Assembly: GCA_028826165.1 (NCBI GenBank)
Contig: JAPDFW010000103.1
Span: 124,001 to 188,000, forward strand
Direction: 5' to 3'
DNA: 64,000 bases
Source: Anaeramoeba ignava BMAN
Taxonomy: Eukaryota; Protista; Anaeramoebae
Below are positions 23,073-37,177 of the stretch, one piece after another (within the stretch, counting starts at the first letter, position 1; each line of letters begins with the position of its first letter). The position numbers were made by a program, and so were the translations under genes. A model generated the notes under the pieces. It worked only from the letters and a program-made list of their open reading frames with translations. It made no database searches and was not told where the DNA came from.

Positions 23073-25801
23073 TTAAACAATCAAACAAAAACAACAAGAA
23101 TTTTGATTTTTCTTTTCTTTTTTAGATAATTCTTTTTGATTTAAATTTTCTTTTTCTTGTTTTTGAAGAAGAATTTGTTTTTTCAATTCCTTTTGTTTTT
23201 TATCACGTTTTTCAAATTCAAATTGAGCAATTAATTCAATACTTGGATCATGAAAAAGTTCCGATTTTTTTGAAAAAAGGGAATGTTGAGAAACACTTTC
23301 CTTCTGAGAACTAGTAGTGCCAAAAACGCCGTCCAAAATAGCGCGTTCTGTAGTTTGTTGTTGAGTTAAATCTGACTTTGTTTCTTCAAGACAGAAATTT
23401 GCCGGAGAAGAAAAATCATTCAAAGGCATTCCAGTATTTGGAGTTGAAATATGGCGAAAGGAAAAAAGACTTGGTTTGAGCTCGTCTTGGGAAGAAACTC
23501 TCTTGAGTCGAGGCGAATCAAGAATGCTTATTTTATGCGGATCCTTTTGCCGTTTTTTGTTTATTGTGATCCGATCACCCCAACTTTGTATCCTTCCTCG
23601 ACCCTTCTCTCTAATTTCCCCTAAGCTGTTTGTTCGCGGTATTTGATTCTCATGTGACTTATAAGGTCGCTCTTGGGGTCGTGCTTCTGGTAGTTGAATT
23701 TCGTTGATTTCAAGAAGAAATTGTTTTGTTGATTTTTTATTGATTTCCCGATTTTCATTTGTGTTTTCGCTGTTTATTTCATGTTAGTTTTGATCTTGAT
23801 AAATAATTTGGTTTTTATTTCTTACTTTGTGTTTGGTTCGTTTGGTTTTTCCCAGTCATACTTCTCTTCATAATTGAATTCTTGCTTGGCAAATAATCCT
23901 GCAAGAACGTTTCGGATCATATTGTAATCAGGCTCATCTTCGTATTTAAGGCCTAATTGAATTAGTTTCGTTTGATTAGTTTTCTTCCTATTGTTTTCCT
24001 CTTTGTTTTTGTTTTTGTTTTTTTACTTTGAATATGCTCCATTATTGTCGCAAATTCGTTTGGAAGATCTTTTACTATTTCCATTGTATTGTATTTTTTT
24101 TTTAAAAATCCAATTTGTTTTTGATCTTTTACTTTGCGCCATGGTAAGTTTCCTTTTAGAAATTCTATCATTACATAAAAGAACGACCACATATCATCTC
24201 TTCTGCTTAATTCCTTTTGAATTAATTTTTTGCAATTATTTCAATTATTTTTTTCAATTATTTTTTTCAATTATTTTTTTGCAATTATTTTTTTACAGTA
24301 TTATCATGTGAATTAATTGAAGCATATCGTGCAGTTCCTCTAAATCCAATTTTTTTACGAGGCTTTTCAATTAATTTTTAAATTTATTAATATTAATATT
24401 AAATTTTAATTTTAATATTAATTTTAATTTTGATTTATATTTTGATTTAAATTTTAATTTTTAATTTTAATTTAAATTTTAATTTTAATTTTAATTTTAA
24501 TTTTAATTTTAATTTTAATTTTAATTTTAATTGAAATAATCGTTTTCTTTTATTAATAATAAATAAAAGCTTTCTTTTGTTAATAATAAATAAAAGTTTT
24601 CTTTTGTTAATAATAAATAAAAGCTTTCTTTTATACTTTTCTTAATTCTCCTTCATGTGTAATATAACTTCTTGCAAGACCAAAATCAATTAAAACTAAA
24701 AATGTTTCGTTCTTATTTCTTATATTTTTTCGAATTACAAAATTTGACTTTTTTTGTTTAAAAATAATTTTAATTTAAATAATTTTTTTGTTATATTTTT
24801 TTGGAAAGAGAATTAATACAGGTTTAATATCTCGATGAACAAATCCAATTTTATGTAAAGATTCTATAGCATTCAACATCTAATATTAATTTTAATATTA
24901 ATTTTAATTTTAATTTTAATTTTAATTTTAATATTAATTTTAATTTTAATTTTAATTTTAATTTTAATTTTAATTTTAATTTTAATTTCAATTTTAATAT
25001 TAATTTTAATTTTAATTTTAATTTTAATTTTAATTTTAATTTTAATATTAATTTTAATTTTAATTTTAATTTTAATTTTAATTTTAATTTCTAAAATAAT
25101 TTTAGAAAAAAAAACATATACTTCAAGTCCTATTCTAATTGTTGTTGATAATGAGAATTTTTTAAGAGGATTTTTTTGTAATAATTGTGAAAGGTTTTGA
25201 CCAAGTAATTCCATAACAAGAAAAGTATAATCTTCATTTTTTCCACAATAAATAAATTCTGTAAAATATTTTGAAGCTAATTTTAATTTTGATTTTAATT
25301 TTATAAATGAATTTCAATTTAATTTTAATTTTAATTTTAATTTTAATTTTAATTTTAGTTTTAATTTTAATTTTAATTTTAAATTTAATTTTAATTTTAT
25401 AAATGAATTTCAATTTTAAATTTAATTTTAATTTTAATTTTAATTTTAATTTTAATTATAAATTTAATTTTAATTTTAATTTTGTAAATGAATTTTAATT
25501 TTAATTTTAATTTTAATTTTAATTTTCAATTTACGTTGAAGAAGTTTAAGAATTGCTATTTCAAGTTTAAGAGACTGTCTTTTTTGGTCAGATCTTTCAA
25601 ATTTTATTGCAACATCTTGACTTTTTAAATTATCTTTTGCTTTATAAATTTCACCTTTTTTTTTTTTGGAAAAATAAAAAAGCAAAAATAAGAAAAAGAA
25701 AAAAAAGAAAAAAGAAAAATAAAAATAAACAAACCAAACGTTCCATAACCAATTCTATTTAAAATTTTCCATCTATTTTCCAAAGTTGTACCAACAAGCA
25801 T
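23073..25801 (-). CDS. Casein kinase 1 family, tau-tubulin-kinase-like Ser/Thr kinase
   Basis: ATG 25801 MLVGTTLENRWKILNRIGYGTFG|EIY..VAIKFE..LKLEIAILK; MELLGQNL; FVHRDIKP; LIDFGLAR; GFRGTARYASINSH; RRDDMWSFFY; multi-exon; ends SCCFCLIV*. Confidence 0.9.
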
Positions 25802-25876
25802 TTAATAAAAAAAAGGTGAACAAAAAAAAAATGAAAAAAAAATGAAAAAAAAAAAAAAACATTTTTCTTTTTGATT
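25802..25876. promoter_or_regulatory. Putative 75-bp bidirectional promoter between kinase and ceramide synthase
   Basis: Divergent ATGs at 25801 (-) and 25877 (+); contains two AAAATGAAAA (TTTTCATTTT on the minus strand) motifs. Confidence 0.55.
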
Positions 25877-28800
25877 ATGAATTCTTCCCTAAATCAAGAA
25901 CCTTGGTATTATTCAATTATTTTCCATAAAGTTTCTGATGGAAAATATACTGTTGGTCTTCAAGATTTAATTACTGGTTTAATTTGTATTGCTATTGTTG
26001 CTTTACATCGTTTAATTTGTTATATGGTTATCTCTCCTTATCTTATTAGTAAATCAAAAAAGAAGGTTTCTCATAAATTTTATGAAAATTTTTATCTTTC
26101 TACTCATTATTTTCTTGCTATTGTTTTTGGGATTTGGGTTCTTCGTGATGTAAGTAATTTAATTTATTTTATTAATTTATTTAAAAAAAAAATTTTTTTT
26201 TTTTCTTTTGATTTAAAAAAAAATAATCATTATCTTATTTTATCTCCCTATTAATTTTAAATCAATTTTAAATTAATTTTATATTAATTTTATATTAATT
26301 TTATATTAATTTTAAATTAATTTTATATTAATTTTATATTAATTTTAAATCAATTTTATATCAATTTTAAATCAATTTTATATTAATTTTAAATCAATTT
26401 TAAATTAATTTTAAATCAATTTTAAATCAATTTTATATCAATTTTATATTAATTTTAAATCAATTTTATATTAATTTTATATTAATTTTATATTAATTTT
26501 ATATTAATTTTATATTAATTTTAAATCAATTTTAAATTAATTTTATATTAATTTATATTACTTTTATATTAATTTTATATTAATTTTAAATCAATTTTAT
26601 ATTAATTTTTATATTACTTTTTAAATCAATTTTTATATCAATTTTATATCAATTTTATATTACTTTTTATATTAATTTTTATATTAATTTTATATCAATT
26701 TTATATCAATTTTTATATCAATTTTAAATTAATTTTATATCAATTTTAAATCAATTTTAAATCAATTTTAAATTAATTTTATATCAATTTTAAATCAATT
26801 TTATATTAATTTTATATCAATTTTAAATCAATTTTAAATCAATTTTAAATTAATTTTATATCAATTTTAAATCAATTTTATATTAATTTTATATCAATTT
26901 TATATTAATTTTATATTAATTTTATATTAATTTTATATTAATTTTATATTAATTTTATATTAATTTTATATTAATTTTATATTAATTTTATATTAATTTT
27001 ATATCAATTTTATATCAATTTTAAATCAATTTTAAATTAATTTTTAAATCAATTTTATATTAATTTTTATATCAATTTTATATTAATTTTATATTAATTT
27101 TATATCAAATTTATATCAATTTTAAATTAATTTTAAATCAATTTTAAATCAATTTTAAATCAATTTTTAAATCAATTTTAAATCAATTTTATATCAATTT
27201 TATATTAATTTTATATTAATTTTAAATCAATTTTATATTAATTTTAAATTAATTTTTATATTAATTTTAAATCAATTTTATATTAATTTTATATTAATTT
27301 TATATCAATTTTAAATCAATTTTATATTAATTTTATATCAAATTTATATCAATTTTATATCAATTTTATATTAATTTTATATCAATTTTATATCAATTTT
27401 ATATTAATTTTATATTAATTTTAAATAAATTTTATATTAATTTTATATTAATTTTATATCAATTTTAAATTAATTTTATATTAATTTTAAATTAATTTTA
27501 TATCAATTTTATATCAATTTTAAATCAATTTTAAATCAATTTTTATATCAATTTTTATATTAATTTTATATTAATTTTTATATTAATTTTATATTAATTT
27601 TATAATTTTATATTATTTTTATATCAATTTTATATTAATTTTATATCAATTTTATATTAATTTTAAATTAATTTTAAATCAATTTTAAATCAATTTTATA
27701 TTAATTTTATATCAATTTTATATCAATTTTATATCAATTTTATATTAATTTTAAATCAATTTTATATTAATTTTATATCAATTTTATATTAATTTTATAT
27801 CAATTTTAAATCAATTTTAAATCAATTTTAAATTAATTTTAAATCAATTTTATATTAATTTTAAATCAATTTTAAATCAATTTTATATTAATTTTATATT
27901 AATTTTAAATCAATTTTAAATCAATTTTATATCAATTTTATATTAATTTTATATCAATTTTATATTAATTTTATATCAATTTTAAATCAATTTTAAATTA
28001 ATTTTATATTAATTTTAAATTAATTTTATATTAATTTTAAATTAATTTTAAATCAATTTTAAATCAATTTTAAATCAATTTTAAATCAATTTTATATCAA
28101 TTTTATATCAATTTTATATCAATTTTATATCAATTTTAAATCAATTTTAATTCAATTTTATATCAATTTTTTATTTAAATTTAATTCAAAATAGAAACTT
28201 TGGTTTAAATACCTTTTTGCTCCTTGGACTGATAGAACCAATTTATGGATTTCAGATGGTGAATTATTTCCGTAAAATTTACTTTCATTTATCTTAATTT
28301 AATTGATTATCTTATTATAAAAATATATATAAAAATAAAAATAAAAATAAAAATTATAAAAGTCCTGATATTAAATTATTCTACATTTGGCAACTTGCTT
28401 TTTATATTGTTGATCTTCCATTTGCTACTCAAGAACAAAAAGTATTTGATCTTTAAAAAAAATGATTTAAAAGAAAATGATTAAAAAATTGTTCTTATTT
28501 CTTTGTTTATAAAATTTTAACAAAATCTCATGCTTAGCAACCATTAATTATGCTTTTACATCATCTCACAACAATAACTTTAGTTGGTTCTTCTTTTTAT
28601 ACAATGTAAAAAATTTATTTTGATATTTTTTGATAATTTTTTGATATTTTTTGATATTTAATTTTTTGAAATAAAATCTATTAGTCATTATCAAATTGGA
28701 ACTCTTCTTTTAACTCTTCATGATATCTCAGATGTCTTTTTATACTCAGCAAAAACATTTGGTTATGTCGACCTTAATACGTTCAAAGATATTTCCTTTG

Positions 28801-29105
28801 TGTTTTTTACAACAACATTTTTCTACTTCAGATTAATCATTTTACCAATTTTGGATTATAGTTCAGCAGTTGAATATAAAGGAAGATCAGGATTTTTTGG
28901 AGACTTTGTTATGGGACCAATTTTAATCACAATTCTTGTTATTTTACACATAAATTGGTTTTGGCTCATCTTGAAAATTATATATCAAATAGTAACCCAT
29001 TCAAAATTAACTGATATTAGAAGTGATTCAGAAGTTGAAGATGGAGAACCAGTAAAACATCACCAAAAACCTGATGATGCAGATGATTTAAGAAAAAGAA
29101 AATAG
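25877..29105 (+). CDS. TLC-domain ceramide synthase (LAG1/LAC1/CerS family)
   Basis: KFYENFY, PDIKLFYIWQLAFY, MLLHHLTT, GTLLLTLHDISDVFLYSAK (Lag1 motif), LHINWFWLI, DIRSDSE; multi-exon with a ~2-kb intron 26150-28194. Confidence 0.88.
26255..28170. repeat. (ATTTTATATTA/ATTTTAAATCA)n 11-mer intronic repeat
   Basis: Directly visible; essentially G-free on the sense strand. Confidence 0.9.
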
Positions 29106-29420
29106 ATTAGAACTCATTTTTATTCTATTCCATTTCATTTTCTAATTATCCAATTATTTTCCTTTTTTTTTATTCTATTCCATTTAATTTTCTAATTATT
29201 CTAATTATTCTAATTATCTTCTAATTATCCAATTATTTTCCTCTTTTTTTTTATTCCATTTAATTTTCTAATTTTTCTAATTTTTCTAATTATTTTCTAA
29301 TTATCCAATTATTTTCCTCTTTTTTATTCCATTTAATTTTCTAATTTTTCTAATTTTCTAATTATTTTCTTTTTCCTTCTCAATTCCAATAAAAATCTAA
29401 AATCATCATTTCTTTTTTTT

Positions 29421-30314
29421 TTAATTATTAAAACATTCTTTAGTTTCATTATGTTTTTCAACCAAAAAAAGTAAATCAGATTCAAATTCTTTTTTTTCAA
29501 ATATTAAATTAGATGTATTTAAAAAATTTTGGATTAATTTAAGCAATGAACAAATAATAAGATGTTTTTGTGTTTTATTTTCAATTTCTTCAATAAATTC
29601 TCTATCAATTTCAAATGGATTTTTTTGATTTGGAAACATTTTTTGGATAATTTCACAAAAAATTTCTTGAAAATTTTTCAAGGAAATTTCCCAATCTTGT
29701 GTTGAATTAAGTTCCAATGGAAAATCTGGATTAGATAAATTTGTAATAAGTTTTTCGTGATGATTTCTCAACTAATGAATAAAATGAAGAAAAAAAATTT
29801 AGAAAAAAATGAGTTTTTTTTTTCGGTTAAAAATTTGTTTTTTACCCAAATATATGGTTTAGTTGTTTTTGAATAAAAAGCAATTAAAAAAACAATATGA
29901 TTAAGATTATTTTGTTCTTTTCCAGTTTTAATAATAATATTTTCAAGATCTCCATTTTGAATCTAAATTTAATAATAATTTTTTAATTTTTTATTTATAA
30001 TTATAATTATAATTATAATTATTAAATTATATTGTATTACTTCTTTTGAACTAGAAATTGGATGAATTGGTCCTTTTTTTAATTGAAATAATGGAAATTT
30101 TTCATCATTTAAATTAATATTTTTGATAATTAATAAAAGTTCTTCTTCACTTCTTAAAAATGTTTGAAAATATTTTAATCCTTTTAAAAAACCAAAATCA
30201 TGTAATTGTTTTTTAAATGATTTATAATTTTGCTAAAAGGTTTTAATTATTGAATTTAATTTGATAATTTTTTAATCCAATTTTTTAATTTCAATATAAA
30301 ATTTTTTTTACCAT
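29421..30314 (-). CDS. Hypothetical protein (4 exons; first coding exon is ATG only)
   Basis: ATG|GTAAAA at 30314-30312; exons QNYKSFKKQLHDFGFLKGLKYFQTFLRSEEE..., IQNGDL...KPYIW, and LRNHHEKL... (ORF 29421-29771). Confidence 0.6.
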
Positions 30315-30434
30315 TTTTTTTTTAAACAAAAAAAATAAAAATAAAAAAAATTTTTTCATTTTTTTTCTTTTTGAAAATTCTTTTTTCTTTTACAATTTGA
30401 ATTATAAATTTTTTATTTTTTTAAAAAAAAAAAC

Positions 30435-33400
30435 ATGAATCAACAAAATTCTATTTTCCCAAATCAAAATATATTAAATGAAACCAATTTACAATTTGTT
30501 GGAACACAACCAAAACCACAAAATCAAGAAATTAAACAATTTCGTAAAAAAAAATTTTTTTATTCAAAACTCAAAACTTAAAAAAAAATTTAAAACAAAT
30601 TCAAAACAAATTCAAAACAAATTCAAAACAAATTCAAAACTTAAAACAAATTCAAAACTTAAAACAAATTCAAAACTTAAAACAAATTCAAAACAAATTT
30701 AAAACAAATTTAAAACAAATTCAAAACAAATTCAAAACAAATTCAAAATTAATTCAAAACAAATTTAAAACAAATTCAAAATTAATTCAAAACTTAAAAC
30801 TAATTCGAAACTAATTCAAAATTTAAAACAAATTCAAAACAAATTCAAAACAAATTCAAAATTAATTCAAAACTAATTTAAAACAAATTTAAAACAAATT
30901 TAAAACAAATTCAAAACTTAAAACAAATTTAAAACAAATTCAAAATTTAAAACTAATTCAAAACAAATTCAAAACAAATTCAAAACAAATTCAAAACAAT
31001 TTAAAACAAATTCAAAACAAATTCAAAATTAATTCAAAACTTAAAACTAATTCAAAATTAATTCAAAACAAATTTAAAACAAATTTAAAACAAATTCAAA
31101 ACAAATTCAAAACAAATTCAAAACAAATTCAAAACTTAAAACAAATTCAAAACTTAAAACAAATTCAAAACTTAAAACAAATTTAAAACTAATTCAAAAC
31201 AAATTCAAAATTTAAAACATTCAAAATTCAAAACAAATTCAAAACATTTAAAACAAATTCAAAACTTAAAAAAAAATTTAAAACAAATTCAAAACTTAAA
31301 ACAAATTCAAAACTTAAAACAAATTCAAAACTTAAAACAAATTCAAAACAAATTCAAAACAAATTCAAAACTAATTCAAAACAAATTTAAAACAAATTCA
31401 AAACAAATTCAAAACTAATTCAAAACAAATTTAAAACAAATTCAAAACTTAAAACAAATTCAAAACTTAAAAAAAAATTTAAAACAAATTCAAAATTAAT
31501 TCAAAACAAATTTAAAACAAATTCAAAACTTAAAACTAATTCAAAACAAATTTAAAATTAATTCAAAACAAATTCAAAACTTATTTAAAACAAATTTAAA
31601 ACAAATTCAAAAAAAATTCAAAACAAATTTTATTTAAAACTAATTTTATTTAAAATTTAAAACAGAATTTTCAACTGAAAATAAAAATATTGAAATTAAA
31701 GATTGTAGCGAAGAATATATTAGTTTAACAACAAATTTAGTACCACAATCTCAATCAACTATTGAACAAAGTAAAATACCATTTGGTTTAACAGTTACAC
31801 CTTTTGCAGAAAAAAAAGAAAATAATTTACTTCCTGTAATTAAAATTAAAATTAAAATTAAAATTAAAATTAAAATTAAAATTAAAATTAAAATTAAATT
31901 AAAATTAAAATTAAAATTAAAATTAAAATTAAAATTAAAATTAAAATTCATTTATAAAATTAAAATTCATTTATAAATTTAAAACTAAAATTAAAAACTA
32001 AAATGAAAATTATGCTTTTATAGCCAGTTCCAACTGTTCAATTTTTAAATTTTTCAGTACCAAGATGCAAAAGTTGTCATGGATACATTAATCCATATGT
32101 AAAATTTACAAACAACGGAAATAATTGGATCTGCAATATTTGCAACGTAATCAACATAACACCAAAACAATACTATTCACCACTTGACAAAGGAGGTTTA
32201 AGGGCTGATATAGACAAACGAGAAGAATTAGTTAATCCAGTAGTTGAATTTTCAGTAGGAAAAGAATATTGCAGTCATATACCACTTCCACCTGGGTATT
32301 TCTTTGTTATCAATGTTAGCAAGTTTTCTATCGCATCAGGATTTCTTCAAACAGCTGTGCAATCCATTAAATATGTTCTTGAAAATGAGCTTCTTCATGG
32401 ATCAAAAACTAAACGTGTTGGAATTATGACTTTTAATTCATCTCTTCATTTTTATAATCTTAATCCTAAGCTTTCTGAACCTCAAATGGTCGTTCTTCCT
32501 GATATTGATGATATTTTTCCTCCTTCTCTTAATGATTTTTTTGTTCCTCTTGTTGATTCTTATTCTTTGTTTATTAATCTTCTTGATAGACTTCCTACTA
32601 TTTTTAAAGATTCTTCTGATTCTGAATCTGCTTTATCTTCCGCTTTACAAACTGCTTTTAAATTGATGGTAAAATTCAAAATTAAATTTATAATATAAAT
32701 TAAAATTAAAATTAAAATTAAATTTATAATTAAAATTCATTTATAAAATTAAAATTCATTTATAAAATTAAAATTAAAATTAAAATTAAAATTAAAATTA
32801 ATATTAAAATTAAAATTAATTTATAAAATTAAAATTAAAATTAAAATTAAAATTAAAATTAAAATTTATATTATAAATTAAAATTCAAAATTCATTTTAA
32901 AATTAAAATTAAAATTAAAATTCAAATTAAAATTCATTTATAAAATTAAAATTCAAATTAAAATTAAAATTAAAATTAAAATTAAAATTAAAATTAAAAT
33001 TCATTTATAAAATTAAAATTAAAATTAATAAATTTAAAATAAAAAGAGTTCTTATGGAGGAAAAATGATTGTATTTCAACACGGTTTACCAACATTAACA
33101 TCACATAAACTTGCAAATCGAGCAGCACAAAAAATAATGAATTTAGAATTACTTTTAAAACCAGCAGATGAAACAGCATTTTATCAAAACTTTGCAATAT
33201 CATGCGTTAGACAACAAATATCTATTTATTTATTCTTATTTTCTAATGGATATTCAGATGTTTCAACATTAAAAATAATAACAGATAATACAGCAGGAAA
33301 ACTTTATTATTATAATAATTATCATGATCAAAATATTTTACAAAAAAATCAATTTTATCATCAACTTAAAAATATCCTCACTATTTATACAAGTTGGGAA

Positions 33401-35104
33401 GCTGTTCTTAGAACTCGTTTTTCTACTGGTTTATCAATCTCAAAATTTTATGGAAATTTTTATTTAACTTCAACAGATCTTTTACAACTTCCAAATCTTA
33501 CTCAACAAGATACTTTTGCTTTTGATTTGAAACTTGATGCTTCTTTATTTAGATCAAAAATAATATATCTTCAATCTGCAATTTTGTAAAATTAAAATTA
33601 AAATTAAAATTAAAATTAAAATTAAAATTAAAATTAAAATTAAAATTAAAATTAAAATTAAAATTAAAATTAAAATTAAAATTAAAATTAAAATCAAAAT
33701 TAAAATTAAAATTAAAATTAAAATCAAAATTAAAATTAAAATTAAAATTTAAAATTAAAATTAAAATTAAAATTAAAATTAAAATTAAAATTAAAATTAA
33801 AATTAAAATTAAAATTAAAATTAAAATTAAAATTAAAATCAAAATAGATATTCAAATAGTAATCGACAAAGAACAATTAGAGTAATTAATTCTCGAAAAA
33901 ATTTTGCACAATCAATACAAGAATTATTCGATTCAGTTAATATAGACACATTAATGAATATACTTTTAAAAAGATGTAAGAGAGAAAAACAAAGAAATTA
34001 ATTCAAAATATTATAATTATATTTATTATTAATTCTTCTTTCAAAACAATTATTTTTATAATAGCAATTTATCTTGTACCTCGAGTTGAAATCAAAAAAA
34101 TAAAAGATGTTTTAATCAATTCATGCGCACAAATTATAAAATCATGGAAATTATTATCAAATCCAAATTTCCAAATAAATCCTACAAATACTCCAGTTCA
34201 ATCATCTGAAATTAGTCTTCCAAATTCTCTTCAATTATTTCCTTTATTAATTTTTGGAGTTTATAAAGTATTGAATTTTGAATTGATTTTTTTAATTGAT
34301 TTTTTTTAATTGATTTTTTTTAATTGATTTTTTTAATTGAATTTTTTTAGTCTGGAATTTTGAATTGGGGATCAGTTATAAATCCTGATGAGATGGCTTT
34401 CCAACTTCATTTAATGAATAATGCATCAAATACACAAGTTTCTGCTTATATTTATCCACATTTATATCCTATTCATAATTTACCATCAAATGTAGATATA
34501 AATATAAATATAAATTTAAATATAAATATAATTTAATTATAAATTTAAATATAAATATAATTTAATTATAAATATAAATATAATTTAAATATAAATATAA
34601 ATATAATTATAAATATAAATATAAATTTAAATATAAATATAAATTTAAATATAATTATAAATATAATTATAAATATAATTTAATTTATTTAAAAATTAGT
34701 GCGGAATTTTAAAAGAAGGAATTATTGAATTTCCACAAAGAATTTCACTTTCATTTCAAAATTTTTCAACAAATGGAATTTATTTACTTACAAATGGAGT
34801 ATTTATCTATATTTGGATTGGAAATAATGCAAATGAACAAGAAATCAATGAATTATTTTCAAAAGAAGAAAATTCAAGAAATCAAAATGAAATTTATTTA
34901 AAAAAATTAGAAAATGATTATAATAAAAGAATTTGGACATTAATTGTTGAACTTGAAAGAATTTTTGAAAATCATTTACCAATTAAAATTATAACAGAAA
35001 ATAATTCAATAGAATTACAACGTTATTTAATTGAAGATAAAAGTCATGATTTATTAAGTTATTCTGAATTTTATCATCATTTAATTCATCAAAGCAATTT
35101 TTAA
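30435..35104 (+). CDS. SEC24: COPII coat subunit Sec24
   Basis: IPFGLTVTPFAE, zinc finger RCKSCHGYINPY..WICNIC, trunk domain VGIMTFNSSLHFYNL, WEAVLRTRFSTGL, YLQSAILY, and C-terminal LIEDK..SYSEF; about 9 exons. Confidence 0.9.
30570..31630. repeat. (AAAACAAATTC)n intronic repeat
   Basis: Directly visible 11-mer array in Sec24 intron 1. Confidence 0.9.
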
Positions 35105-35355
35105 AATTTTTTTTTCATTTTTTTCATTTTTTTCATTTTTTTTCCCTTTTCTTTTTTAAAAAAAAAAACAATAACTCTATTATTGAATTCAAAATAAATT
35201 TCTTCATAAACTCAAAATTAAAATTAATTCAAAAAAAAAATGTCAAAGTCGTTTTGTTATTTTTTATTCTTTTCTTAAAAAAAAATTTAAAATTATTTTT
35301 CAATTTACTTTAATTCTTTTTACAACAAAAAACAAACAAAACAAAATTTCTTTCA

Positions 35356-37130
35356 ATGATAAATCTAAATCAAAATCAAAATCAAAATCAAAATATAAAT
35401 CAAAATCAAAATCAAAATCAAAATCTAAATCCAAATCAAAATCAAAATCAAAATCAAAATATAAATCAAAATCAAAATCAAAATCTAAATCCAAATCAAA
35501 ATATAAATCTAATTGAAAATCAAAATCAAAATCAAAATCAAAATCAAAATGAAAATCAAAATCAAAATATAAATCAAATTCAAAATATAAATCAAAATCA
35601 AAATCAAAATCTAAATCAAAATCAAAATCTAAATCCAAATCAAAATCAAAATATAAATCTAAATATAAATCAAAATCAAAATCAAAATCAAAATCAAAAT
35701 CAAAATATAAATCAAAATCAAAATCTAAATCCAAATCAAAATCAAAATCAAAATCAAAATCAAAATCAAAATCAAAATATAAATCAAAATCAAAATCAAA
35801 ATCAAAATCAAAATCAAAATATAAATCAAATTCAAAATATAAATCAAAATCAAAATCAAAATCAAATTCAAAATATAAATCTAAATCAAAATCAAATTCA
35901 AAATCAAAATCAAAATCAAAATCAAAATATAATTCAAAATCAAAATCAAAATATAAATCAAAATCAAAATATAAATCAAAATATAAATCAAAATATAAAT
36001 CAAAATCAAAATCAAAATATAATTCAAAATCAAAATCAAAATCAAAATATAATTCAAAATCAAAATCAAATTCAAAATATAAATCAAAATCAAAATCAAA
36101 ATATAAATCAAAATCAAAATATAAATCAAAATATAAATATAAATCAAAATCAAAATCTAAATCAAATTCAAAATCTAAATCAAAATCAAAATCAAAATAT
36201 AAATCAAATAGAAAACGAAAACCAAATACTTCTGCAATTTTGTTCAATTTTCTGCAAAGAAAAATTTCAAAACCTTTACAAACCTCAATATCCCAGTATA
36301 CAAAACCAAGAAATAGACATTTTTTCATCAGATCAAAGTTATATTAATATAGACGAAAACAATTCACAAGAAAAAGAATTCATGGAAAATAAAAAAAAAC
36401 AAGCAATAATGCTTTTGAATAAACACTTAAAACAAACAATGAAAGAAGAAAATAAAAAATCAAATGAAGAAATAAATAAATTAAATGAAGAACAAAAAAG
36501 ACTTCAAATTGAAAAACAAGAATGTCAAGAACAAATCCAAAAATTAAAAGAATTAAATAATGTTGAAGAACAGAAAATTTACATTCAAAAAGAAATCAAA
36601 CAAAAAAAAAGATTAATTCATCGTGAAAATTTAAACATCAATTCAATTAAACATAATATTTCCAAATTATCAAAAACAATGAATATTTTGGGTCAATCAA
36701 ATAAACTCAAATTGATTGATATTCAAAAATCCCAAATTGAAAAAAAACAAGCAGAATCCTCGTTGTTTTTATTTAATTCCCAACTTTCTAATCTTAAATT
36801 GCATTTAAATCAAAAAGAAAATCTTCTTTTCCTTTTTCATCCCATTTTAAACAAGAAAATCAATTGCAAAAAAATCTTCATTTAAAAATTCAACAAAGAA
36901 ATTCAATTGTTGATAACATTATCAAGAAAATGAAAAAAACAAAAAAAGAAACAAAATATTTGCAAAAATTCTTTGATTTCTTATCAAAAAAACAACTTGA
37001 TTATGATCTTCCTTCTGTTATCGAATATCTTGAATTAAAAACAAATCAGACCAAACTAAAAAGAAAATTGGATTATTGGAATAAAAAACTTTTTGTTTTT
37101 GAACAACTTTCTTCAAAATCCAAAAAATAA
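35356..37130 (+). CDS. N/Q-repeat plus coiled-coil protein; C-terminus weakly CCDC113/DUF4201-like
   Basis: ORFs 35356-36885 and 36864-37130 (frameshift near 36870); about 280 aa NQ repeat; C-terminal DYDLPSVIEYLELK...LDYWNKKL resembles the CCDC113 tail from memory. Start uncertain. Confidence 0.4.
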
Positions 37131-37133
37131 AAA

Positions 37134-37177
37134 TTTCATTTTTTTCATTTTTTTCATTTTTTTTCATTTTTTTTAAA
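37134..37177 (+). promoter_or_regulatory. Tandem TTTCATTTTT initiator-like motifs upstream of ATG (example of a window-wide motif)
   Basis: Four copies immediately before ATG 37178. Similar motifs precede ATGs at 10733, 13940, 20296, 30435, 43361, 49251, 52116, 57275, 60543, 62527 and, in reverse, 3669 and 25801. Confidence 0.6.

Noticed and set aside
35300-36328. 342-aa DF-repeat ORF on the minus strand
   Set aside because: Antisense reading of the (AATCAA)n NQ tract.
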